Shown: in pieces, positions 54,901-63,092 of the stretch
Numbering within the stretch: position 1 is the first letter of the stretch
Layout of the letters: the number at the start of each line of letters is the position of its first letter
DNA from: a virus
DNA length: 64,000 nucleotides
Strand: one strand, 5' to 3'
IMG/VR virus record: IMGVR_UViG_3300020152_000002
Location: 1 to 64,000 of that record
Program-made: the position numbers and the translations under genes
The notes under the pieces: generated by a model
What the model was told of the DNA's origin: nothing
What the model saw: only the letters and a program-made list of their open reading frames with translations
Databases searched by the model: none

Positions 54901-56939
54901 TGTGGATTGCTCTGATCGTCGCGGTCGGGTTCTTCCTGCTGGCGCAGTTGATGATCCCGACGCAGAAAGCGAAGGCTGGCACCTTCGACGACTTCGACTT
55001 CCCGCGCATCGACGACGGGTCGCCGGTCTACTACATCGCGGGTCGCGTCAAAGTCGATAGCGCAAACCTGCTGTGGTATGGCGACTTCTCATCTAAGCCT
55101 ATCAAGAAGAAGTCCGGCCTGTTCAAGAAGTCCACGGTTGGCTACAAATACTTCCTCGGTTTCCAGCTTGGCATCTGCCTCGGGCCGGGCGTGAAGTTGC
55201 TGCGCGTCTGGTTCGGGCAGGAAGAACCCGGCTACGTCAACACGGGCGGCAATACCGGCGGCTCCTTCACGATGAAGGACGAAGACGCTTTCGGCGGCGA
55301 GACCGGCGGTGGCGGCTACGATCTGCAATGCACCTACTATCCCGGCTCATCGACGCAGACAGCCGATCCTTACCTGCAACAGCATCTTGATCTGGTGCCG
55401 GGCTGGCGCGGGCTCGCCTATCTGGTCATGCACGGCTACATCGGCAACTCGACGAACCTGCAAGCTGTGTCCGTCGAAGTCGAGCGTGTCCCGGACCCGC
55501 TGGGCCTCGGGCCGAAGGCGCTCATCGGCACCGAAGGCGACGTGAACCCGGCGAACGTCATCTACGAAATGCTGACCAACAACTTCGGCGCGCTGGGCAT
55601 CAATCCGGTGCGCCTGAACGTGGCGTCGTTCGTCAGCGCCGGGAACATCTTCTTTGACGAGGACGAGGGTATCAGCGTCGGCTTCGGCGGTTCGACCGGC
55701 AAGATCGCTGATGCCTTTGCCGACATCCTGCGTCAAGTCGATGCGACGATGTATGACGACCCGGTGGACGGTCAGGTCTATCTCAAGCTGCTGCGGCCGG
55801 ACTACGATGTCTCCGAACTGCCGGTGCTCGACGCTTCGTCGATCATGGAAGTCGCCAGCTACGCGATCAACCTGTGGGGTGACACGAAGAACAAGGTCCG
55901 CGTGACCTACACCGACCGCTCCCGGAACTACAAGAACGATGCGGTTGCCGTGGCCGAAGACATGGCGAACATCGCCTTCCAAGGCAACGAAGTGAAGCCG
56001 TCTACTTCGGAGTATCCGCACGTCAAGCGGTCGGCCCATGCCGCGCGTAAAGCCACCCGCGATCTGGCGATCCTCTCCACTCCCATCGCCAACATCCGTC
56101 TCACGTCTCTGCGTTTCGAGATGGGCCTGCGTCCCGGCTCGCCGGTCAAGATGAGCTATGGCGAGTATGAGATCGAGCAACTGATCCTGCGCGTGAAGTC
56201 GGTCAATCTCGGCGATCTGACGAACAACCGTCTCGTCATCGAACTTACGTCCGACAAACACGCCCGGTCGCTGACGATCTACGGTGTTCCGGGTCCGTCG
56301 CTGTTCGAGCGCCCTGTGCTGTCGGCGCAGTCGATCACCGTGGCGAAGACGCTGGAAGCGCCGATCTGGTTTGTGCGCGCACAGGACGACATCATTGACG
56401 AAGAAGCGCCTCGCGTGATGGCGCTGCCGAAACGGCCGTCCGGCACCCAGCAGGCGTATCGTCTCTACGCCAAGGTCGCGGGTGAAGCTGCCTACGAAGA
56501 AATCGACAGCGAAGTGGCCTACCCGGAACACGGGACGCTTCACGCCAACTATCCGCTTTCCTACGCCTACGACAACACCGTGGGCCTCGAACTGGCGACG
56601 CTCGACGAGCCCGACGTGTTGACGCAGGCGACGGTGGCGCAGATCACCCAGCAGGGCGTCAACCTGATCCTCGTGGACGACGAGATCATGGCGTTCGAGA
56701 CCTACGAGACGAACGGCTCCGGCCGGTATGTGCTCAAGGGCGTCCACCGGGCCTTGCTCGATACCGTCCCGGCCGCGCATAGTGCCGGGGCGAAGGTGGT
56801 CTGGCTGACGGCCGACAACGTGGGGACGCGCGAGTTCGCGGTCGGCGACGACGTGAGCCTCGTGCTGGCGTCTATCGCCCCCCGTGGCAGCCAGAACGAG
56901 ACCACAGGCGTCACCATGTCCGTTCCGGGGGAACTCTGA
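54900..56939 (+). CDS. tail tip / central tail hub protein (GTA/YuA type)
   Basis: TAATG start; N.LWYGDF, VGYKY, DVNPA.VIYE, DDEI.AF, RALLDT.P..H..GA. Confidence 0.85.
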   Translation: MWIALIVAVGFFLLAQLMIPTQKAKAGTFDDFDFPRIDDGSPVYYIAGRVKVDSANLLWYGDFSSKPIKKKSGLFKKSTVGYKYFLGFQLGICLGPGVKLLRVWFGQEEPGYVNTGGNTGGSFTMKDEDAFGGETGGGGYDLQCTYYPGSSTQTADPYLQQHLDLVPGWRGLAYLVMHGYIGNSTNLQAVSVEVERVPDPLGLGPKALIGTEGDVNPANVIYEMLTNNFGALGINPVRLNVASFVSAGNIFFDEDEGISVGFGGSTGKIADAFADILRQVDATMYDDPVDGQVYLKLLRPDYDVSELPVLDASSIMEVASYAINLWGDTKNKVRVTYTDRSRNYKNDAVAVAEDMANIAFQGNEVKPSTSEYPHVKRSAHAARKATRDLAILSTPIANIRLTSLRFEMGLRPGSPVKMSYGEYEIEQLILRVKSVNLGDLTNNRLVIELTSDKHARSLTIYGVPGPSLFERPVLSAQSITVAKTLEAPIWFVRAQDDIIDEEAPRVMALPKRPSGTQQAYRLYAKVAGEAAYEEIDSEVAYPEHGTLHANYPLSYAYDNTVGLELATLDEPDVLTQATVAQITQQGVNLILVDDEIMAFETYETNGSGRYVLKGVHRALLDTVPAAHSAGAKVVWLTADNVGTREFAVGDDVSLVLASIAPRGSQNETTGVTMSVPGEL

Positions 56940-58984
56940 TGGAAGGCCGGGCTCTCCGCCCCTACCCGCCTGTCGTCGTCAGCTTTGACGGCGAGCTTGC
57001 GCCTGCCTCCGTCGAAAACCTGACGCCCATCGTCGTCGAGTGGAAGCGCCGAGATCGCCGCAAGCAGATCATCGCCCTGCCGAGCGATCCCGACGAGGAT
57101 GTTGAAAGCGGCACCGAGTTCTGCGTTCGTCACGGCCCGCCCGGCTTCCAGACGGTCACTGTCCTCGGCACAGCGTCCGAGACCAGCGGCGACTTCAATC
57201 TGGACTTCGCGGGTTACAGCCGCATCGAAATCTTCGCGCGGCGCGACGGGTATGAGAGCACGGCATTCGTCTTCGACACGACGGCGGAGAACGGGGCTGG
57301 GGCCTCCGTCGCCGGATTGCTGGGCACCGTGGCCGTCACTGGCGCTGTCGAAGGCGCTGTGACCGTTCAGGTCGAAGCCGAACTGCCGACCATCGACATC
57401 CAGTTCACGGAGCCGGTGGAGCTTGAAGTCGAACTGCCCGAAGCGATCACCGTCACGCCGGTCGAAGGGTCGGTGGACACTATCGTCGAGATCACCGAGA
57501 ACTTCATCATCGGCGTGTCGTCGCTGCTGGAAGTTACGGTAGACATCAGCGTTGAAGCCGCAGGCGACATCGGCACAATCACGGCCACGGTTCCGACTGT
57601 CACTCTTGAGGCCGGAGCCGACAAGGTGGCGGGCACGGGCATCTACGCCTTCCCGGCCGTCGTGCTCGATGAAGTCCTCGGGTTCGCGGAGGGTGAGATC
57701 GTCGAGCCGACAACCACCATGGCAACGCCGATTTGGGGCAACAACGGGCGCATGGCGGGCAGCGTTCCGTTCTCTACGGGCAGCGTCACGCGCTACGTCA
57801 ACCCGCTGGGCCAGTTGCTCCCCTACGCCGACTTCGCCTACACGCCGCATACGACCGAAGGCGCTTGGCGTCATCCGATTGGCGCGGACGGAACGCTGGA
57901 CCGCCTCAACATCAACGTCTCGGCTAACGGCCGCAGTTCCGACACCGTGTTCACGCTGACTGTCAACGGTGTCGATACGACGCAAACTGTGACTGTCGGC
58001 GGGGGCGTGACCGGAGACGTGCTGACCGCTGGTGATCCGGTCGCCGTGGTGGCTGGCGATCTGCTGGGCCTCAAAGTCGTGACCGGCGCAGGCGGTGGCA
58101 CCCTGTCGCTGGCCTGCACCAGCATGTCGTTCGAGGCAGACGAGGGAGTGGTCATGCACCACTCCATGATGGGCGATCTCGCCATGAACCAAGCGCCGTC
58201 CACGGGCGCGCGGGGCGGCCCGATCCATGGCACGGTCGAAGGCAACAGCTTCGGCGAGTCGTGGGATGGTTCGCCGATCTCGTCGGGCAACAACTATTCC
58301 GCCCGTGTCCACACCGCAGGCGTTGTCAGCCGTCTTGTCGTTTACGTTCCCACGAACACGTCTTCTGTGGATCAGACGTTCACGCTCTGGAAGAACGGTG
58401 TCGCAACCGACCTGTTCGTGACTATCCCGGCGGGCACGACAGGACAGTTCTCGAACAACGCCGACGAGATCGCTGTCGAGCCCGGCGACAGGCTTCATTA
58501 TCGACTGGTAGCGACAGCAGGCGGCGGAACAGGGTCGTCCCGGTTCGGCTGGGCACAGTGTATCATCTCGCGGGATGTCGCGGCCTACGACGTGTATGTC
58601 GCGCAGCGAGCATCCGATACGCTGCAAGGTTATAGCGGCTCGCAGCACTTCTTTGGCCTTGCGCTCATCAACCCGAATACGAGCGACAACGACACTGGCA
58701 GCCACACTCGTCAAAACCTGCCAGTTGGCGGCGTCGTGGACAAGCTGTGGGTGCGTTACAATCACTCGGGCGGCGGCACGTCAGGATACAGCTACACGCT
58801 GCGTAAGGGCGGGGCCAACACGGCGCTGGCGGCGAACGCCCCGGCGAGCACCGGAAGCGGCACGGCGGAAGATACGACGCACACCGTCAACTTCGCGGAC
58901 GGCGACCGCGTGTCGGTCGGCTTCCAAGCGGAGTCGTTCAGCCAGTGGCCGCAGGCATGGGGCTTCACGGTCTCGGCCGCCTGA
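56939..58984 (+). CDS. tail fibre / receptor-binding protein
   Basis: RALRPYPP and W.RRDR N-terminus, beta-rich stalk, three repeated C-terminal modules (TL..NG..T...VT). Confidence 0.75.
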   Translation: MEGRALRPYPPVVVSFDGELAPASVENLTPIVVEWKRRDRRKQIIALPSDPDEDVESGTEFCVRHGPPGFQTVTVLGTASETSGDFNLDFAGYSRIEIFARRDGYESTAFVFDTTAENGAGASVAGLLGTVAVTGAVEGAVTVQVEAELPTIDIQFTEPVELEVELPEAITVTPVEGSVDTIVEITENFIIGVSSLLEVTVDISVEAAGDIGTITATVPTVTLEAGADKVAGTGIYAFPAVVLDEVLGFAEGEIVEPTTTMATPIWGNNGRMAGSVPFSTGSVTRYVNPLGQLLPYADFAYTPHTTEGAWRHPIGADGTLDRLNINVSANGRSSDTVFTLTVNGVDTTQTVTVGGGVTGDVLTAGDPVAVVAGDLLGLKVVTGAGGGTLSLACTSMSFEADEGVVMHHSMMGDLAMNQAPSTGARGGPIHGTVEGNSFGESWDGSPISSGNNYSARVHTAGVVSRLVVYVPTNTSSVDQTFTLWKNGVATDLFVTIPAGTTGQFSNNADEIAVEPGDRLHYRLVATAGGGTGSSRFGWAQCIISRDVAAYDVYVAQRASDTLQGYSGSQHFFGLALINPNTSDNDTGSHTRQNLPVGGVVDKLWVRYNHSGGGTSGYSYTLRKGGANTALAANAPASTGSGTAEDTTHTVNFADGDRVSVGFQAESFSQWPQAWGFTVSAA

Positions 58985-59043
58985 CTAGAAATCTGATGCG
59001 CCGGGGTGGTAGGTTCGGCGATCCTTGCGCCCCGGAAGCTGCC

Positions 59044-59550
59044 GTGCCCCGCCCGAACTCGCTCACGAACTGGATCAAGCTGCCCGTCGATCTCAAGCGG
59101 GTCGGCGAATGGATCAGCATGTTGCGCGATCTCGCGGCTCTGCTGTTCATCCCGTTCCTGTGCCTCTACGGCGCGATCATGGTCTATGTCCTCGTCCGGT
59201 TCTTCGGGAACCCGGAGCGGCCGGAGAGCGTGGTGCTGGCGGTCGTGAACTATCTCGGCGCGGCGCTGGTCGGCCTGTGCGTCCTGATCGGGCTGGGCGT
59301 CCTCTGGCTTCAACGCCGGAACATCCCGACCATGACGATCACGACGCCCATGGGCACCGTCAACATCGGCTCTGGCGACGCCGCACAGGCCGGGCTTGCC
59401 GGAGCGGTCATCGACGCCATCACCCCGCCTGACGCGCCCTCCGTGGCCGCCGCTGCGGCCGGTGGAGCACCCCCGCCGTCCAAGCCTGCGGCCACGGCTG
59501 CCGCCGACGCGGAGTTCGAGCCCGAACCGCCCGCCGGAGGGAAGTCCTGA
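59044..59550 (+). CDS. two-TM membrane protein, holin candidate
   Basis: Two TMs plus a Pro/Ala tail; directly upstream of the spanins; start uncertain. Confidence 0.6.
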   Translation: MPRPNSLTNWIKLPVDLKRVGEWISMLRDLAALLFIPFLCLYGAIMVYVLVRFFGNPERPESVVLAVVNYLGAALVGLCVLIGLGVLWLQRRNIPTMTITTPMGTVNIGSGDAAQAGLAGAVIDAITPPDAPSVAAAAAGGAPPPSKPAATAAADAEFEPEPPAGGKS

Positions 59551-60101
59551 TGCTGAACTGGATCGCAGACCGCATCTTCGGGCCGCTGTTCGACGGCCTG
59601 CTGACGTGGGCACCGTGGCTCTGGCTGGCCCTGTGCGCCACGGTGGCGCTCTACCTCTTTTTCGCCATGCCGCTCGTGTTCAAGCGGCGCTGGCAGGCCA
59701 TCGTCGCTGCCGCCGTCGTCGGGTTCGTCGCGCTGTGGGTGTGGCAACACTTCGACGAGTTCGCAGACTTGAAGCGCCAGAACGACGAACTGGTTCAACA
59801 GAACGAAGAACTCGAAGGCCGAGTGGACAATCTCGGTCAAAGCATCAGCAACTATGAGACCGCAGTCGGCAATCTCGAACGTCGTCAACGTCAGATCAGA
59901 GCCGAGATCACCGCAGCCCGACAAGGGCTCGACAGTGAGACCATTCAGAGGGAAGTCAACAATGATCCGGGGCAAGCTGCTGTCGATCTGTCTGATCGCT
60001 GGAATAGCTTTGGCAGGATGTCAGACGAGGCCACAAGCGGGTTCGGCCGTCCAACGGCTTCCGCTACCGGCCCCAGCGCCGACGCAGACGCAGGAAGTTG
60101 A
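59550..60101 (+). CDS. i-spanin (Rz-like)
   Basis: N-terminal TMs followed by a coiled coil; overlaps a lipoprotein gene. Confidence 0.75.
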   Translation: MLNWIADRIFGPLFDGLLTWAPWLWLALCATVALYLFFAMPLVFKRRWQAIVAAAVVGFVALWVWQHFDEFADLKRQNDELVQQNEELEGRVDNLGQSISNYETAVGNLERRQRQIRAEITAARQGLDSETIQREVNNDPGQAAVDLSDRWNSFGRMSDEATSGFGRPTASATGPSADADAGS

Positions 60102-60276
60102 GTGGGGCATCCTACAGCCGGGGGAACAGCCGTCAGAGACGGTCGTTACCCTCACCTTGCCCATGTTTGATCGTCTCGTGTCCAACGAAGCTGAACAGTT
60201 GCGTTGGATCAAGGAAGCTGTAGAACAGCTTCGCTACTACAGAGGCGAACAACCGGGGGCCACGCAGCAGCGATGA
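59962..60276 (+). CDS. o-spanin lipoprotein (Rz1-like)
   Basis: MIRGKLLSICLIAGIALAGC lipobox; Pro-rich; overlaps the i-spanin. Confidence 0.8.
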   Translation: MIRGKLLSICLIAGIALAGCQTRPQAGSAVQRLPLPAPAPTQTQEVEWGILQPGEQPSETVVTLTLPMFDRLVSNEAEQLRWIKEAVEQLRYYRGEQPGATQQR

Positions 60277-60740
60277 CCAAGCCTATGATCCTCGTCCACT
60301 TCGATCACTTCCGCGAGACCTTCCCGTTTCGGGCTCTCGAATGGCTGATGGCCGTCGTCCTGATCGGGTGGGGCCTTGTGCTGCTGCACCCTGACTACTC
60401 GGCCGATCAGTCCGCGTGGGCGAATACGCTGTTCGCTCACGTCTCGTCTCAACTTTTTGGTCAAGCCTGCCTCGTCGTAGGCTTGATTAGGTTCACCGCC
60501 CTGCTTATCAATGGTCTGTGGTGGAGGACGCCGTTTGCACGTCTTGTAACAACCTTCGCCGCCAACTTCCTGTGGGTCGCCATCGTCTTCGGGCTGGCTG
60601 CGTCGGACACGTTGAATACTGGCTGGGCTGTGTATCCCGCCTTTGTAGTCGCCGAGTTCTATAACGCCTTCCGTTCCGCCGACGACTCCCGCAAAAGTTG
60701 GCTGGAACGAAAGGCAGCGCGAGTTGGACGGTCTCGATAA
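60273..60740 (+). CDS. four-TM membrane protein
   Basis: RALEW...LLING.W..TP..R; ATGA overlap. Confidence 0.75.
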   Translation: MTKPMILVHFDHFRETFPFRALEWLMAVVLIGWGLVLLHPDYSADQSAWANTLFAHVSSQLFGQACLVVGLIRFTALLINGLWWRTPFARLVTTFAANFLWVAIVFGLAASDTLNTGWAVYPAFVVAEFYNAFRSADDSRKSWLERKAARVGRSR

Positions 60741-61131
60741 GCTCCCGGCATGGATACAGGTCGCGGTCTTTCTTGGCGTCCTGATCGCCACCACCGTCGC
60801 CTCTGCCTCCGGGTGGATGCGCGACAAGTGGTTTAAGCGCCCATCCTCCGCCCCCTCGCCTACGCTCCCCACGAAAGATGCCGTCGTGATGTCGGCCGCT
60901 ATCGCGGACAGTCAGGCCATCAACAATCTGGCTACCGGCATCAACCGGCTCGTGGACTTCCTTGAACAGGACCGCGAAGATCAGGAGCGCAGGGACCGCG
61001 CCCTGCGGACGTGCATCCAAGAGCTTCTGGACAGCAACGACCGGGTGGCGGGGCTCTTGAGGCAGGCCCTCCATCCGTTCGGCTTCGGCGGCGTCGCCCG
61101 GCCGGGGGACAGGCCGCCGGACGGCTCTTGA
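60724..61131 (+). CDS. single-TM coiled-coil protein (holin/antiholin-like)
   Basis: N-terminal TM; last gene of the late operon. Confidence 0.65.
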   Translation: MDGLDKLPAWIQVAVFLGVLIATTVASASGWMRDKWFKRPSSAPSPTLPTKDAVVMSAAIADSQAINNLATGINRLVDFLEQDREDQERRDRALRTCIQELLDSNDRVAGLLRQALHPFGFGGVARPGDRPPDGS

Positions 61132-61220
61132 CGGAACGGCCGGGCCGTGGGATAGGGAGATCGTCTAGGCCGGGCTGCGCGCTCGTTCTTGGTCATGTGG
61201 GAAGCCAACTCCTGTGACGT

Positions 61221-61262
61221 TCAGCCCCGCCGGTCTTCGGATCGGCGGGGCTGATGCGTTTT
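61221..61262. terminator. terminator between convergent arms
   Basis: TCAGCCCCGCCGGTC-TTCG-GATCGGCGGGGCTGA. Confidence 0.8.
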
Positions 61263-61278
61263 CGGGCTTGCCCGATTT

Positions 61279-61563
61279 TTAAGCGTCGTCCCCGTAAAGC
61301 AGGATCATGTAGTTGTCACCGTGGCACCGCTTCGGTTTACAGTGGCAGACCAAATCCCTTCCGCGCAGGTATTCCAGCCAAGCAGGGTTCTCGGCGGCAC
61401 GGTTACGCGCATATACTAGGTGCAGATCGCAGACATCATCGCGGGTGGTTCCATGGACACCGATGACGAAGGGATTGCCGTAGGCCGTCCCTCTGTCGAT
61501 ACACACCGCGTCGGCCGGGTAGCCGTCACGCTTCATGTTCAAGACGCGAGGGCGGTCAGCCAC
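61279..61563 (-). CDS. DUF4326 domain protein
   Basis: IDRGT.YGNPF.IG...LRGRDLVCHCKPKRCHGD. Confidence 0.85.
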   Translation of the reverse strand: MADRPRVLNMKRDGYPADAVCIDRGTAYGNPFVIGVHGTTRDDVCDLHLVYARNRAAENPAWLEYLRGRDLVCHCKPKRCHGDNYMILLYGDDA

Positions 61564-62161
61564 CGGCTCGCTGTCCTTGACCGAACCGAAACCGCGACCG
61601 GCTGTCGATGAAGCCCTCGTCTTGCAACAGGGCCTCCACGGGCGACAGAGCGATGGCGTCGATTCCGGGCGTCGCCTCTGCCAGCAGATCGGCGTAGGCC
61701 CCCGCCACGGTCGGCCGGGCCAGCAGATCGTAGAGAGCCCGCACCGTGGCCGCATCCCGGCGAGGAACAGCCGGGCAAGCTCGGGTCAGGATGCAGCGCC
61801 GGTCCAGCGTCTCGTGCGTCACAGCGCCCCTCTCGGGCAGGCTGGGCAGGAACAGGCCGGGGACCAGCCAAACGCGCTCCACGCAGCCGATCAGGGCATA
61901 GCTGCGGCCACCTGCCAGCCACCGCTTCTGCCCCCACTCCCGCTGCCCGCGCTCGAACCTGATCTCGCCTCCGGCGATCCGCTTCCGGGGCTGGTGCAGC
62001 AGCTTGGTCTCAAGGTGGAAGGAGCCGCCGTCATAGCAGCCTTCGATGTCCGGCGTCGCCTTGCCGACGACGTTCTCTACACGCTGGGCGTGGAACTTGG
62101 GACTGCTGAAATCTGGATGGCGCTTAAGCCAGTCCCACAGGATGCCTTCGGACGACGCCAT
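61556..62161 (-). CDS. PD-(D/E)xK nuclease, VRR-NUC/resolvase-like
   Basis: RVEN....TPD..GC......LETK....R..Q..W. Confidence 0.75.
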   Translation of the reverse strand: MASSEGILWDWLKRHPDFSSPKFHAQRVENVVGKATPDIEGCYDGGSFHLETKLLHQPRKRIAGGEIRFERGQREWGQKRWLAGGRSYALIGCVERVWLVPGLFLPSLPERGAVTHETLDRRCILTRACPAVPRRDAATVRALYDLLARPTVAGAYADLLAEATPGIDAIALSPVEALLQDEGFIDSRSRFRFGQGQRAGG

Positions 62162-62165
62162 GGCG

Positions 62166-62735
62166 TCACCGCGCCGCGAACCAGTCGGCGTAGGACATGT
62201 CCCGGTCGATCTGCTGGAACACCTTCGCGTAGATGAACTGATACAGGTGCTTTTGCAGCGTGACGCCGATGTCGTTGATCAGGTCTTCGACGCCGGTCAG
62301 TTCATCCACCTTGAAGTCGGTCGGAACGCGCGGCTGTTGACCGGGAACGCGCAGGCGGAAGACGAAGCCGCCGTTCTCCTTGATCAGATCGGCTTCGTTC
62401 TGGTGCCGCACGTCGTCGCAGATGATCAGCGCCTTGGACTGCCCCGCCATGACGAACTGTTGGAGCCACAGGTTTCCGTTCGTCAGGTCTCGGGCCACCT
62501 TGCCGATGCCCTCCATGAACTGACGCGGCGACGCTCCGCAGAGCGCCGGGTGCGGCTGTTCCTTGAGGACGGGATCGCGCAGGACTTCCATCGGGACGCC
62601 GAGCACGACCATGATCTCCCTGATCTTGTCGGCGAACGAGATGCAGGTGAACCCATGGCCCTGCGTGAAGTAGTGCGACAGCGTGGTCTTCCCGCTGCCG
62701 ACGTATCCGGCGATGCCGATGATCAGGCGCGACAT
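62166..62735 (-). CDS. deoxynucleoside monophosphate kinase
   Basis: IIGIAG..GSGKTT, SFAD.I, SPRQFM..IG, DDVR..NEA..I...GG. Confidence 0.88.
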   Translation of the reverse strand: MSRLIIGIAGYVGSGKTTLSHYFTQGHGFTCISFADKIREIMVVLGVPMEVLRDPVLKEQPHPALCGASPRQFMEGIGKVARDLTNGNLWLQQFVMAGQSKALIICDDVRHQNEADLIKENGGFVFRLRVPGQQPRVPTDFKVDELTGVEDLINDIGVTLQKHLYQFIYAKVFQQIDRDMSYADWFAAR

Positions 62736-62744
62736 GACGATCCC

Positions 62745-63092
62745 TTACGGCAGCGGAACTTCGACGGGCTTGTAAACTCCGTCTTTCCGGTCCCACTTGA
62801 GGACTTGCAGCCGGGGGCAGTCGGTCAGGCTGTAGACGACGATGGCGGCGAGACCGCACAGCACCGGATCGCCGCTGAACACGAGATAGTCCACTTCGGC
62901 GTTGAACTCGGACAGCTTCTCGTTCAGCAAGTCCAGTTCGTCGCGGCCTTCCAGTTCCTCCATCTGCTTCTTCGTCGCAGGCAGCAAGAAGTGGACAGCG
63001 CCGTAGGGATACAGCGACGAGTAGTCGTGGCTGGCGTAGGTGCCATCCTTCTGCTTGTAGCGGCTTTCTTGGACGACGAATACTCGTGACAT
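62745..63092 (-). CDS. hypothetical phage protein
   Basis: VFVVQE...YG...DYL...GDP...LKWDR...Y. Confidence 0.75.
   Translation of the reverse strand: MSRVFVVQESRYKQKDGTYASHDYSSLYPYGAVHFLLPATKKQMEELEGRDELDLLNEKLSEFNAEVDYLVFSGDPVLCGLAAIVVYSLTDCPRLQVLKWDRKDGVYKPVEVPLP

Noticed and set aside
26508-60872. Long minus-strand ORFs opposite structural genes (e.g. 41786-43891, 52177-54387, 56702-58765)
   Set aside because: Antisense shadows caused by codon bias.
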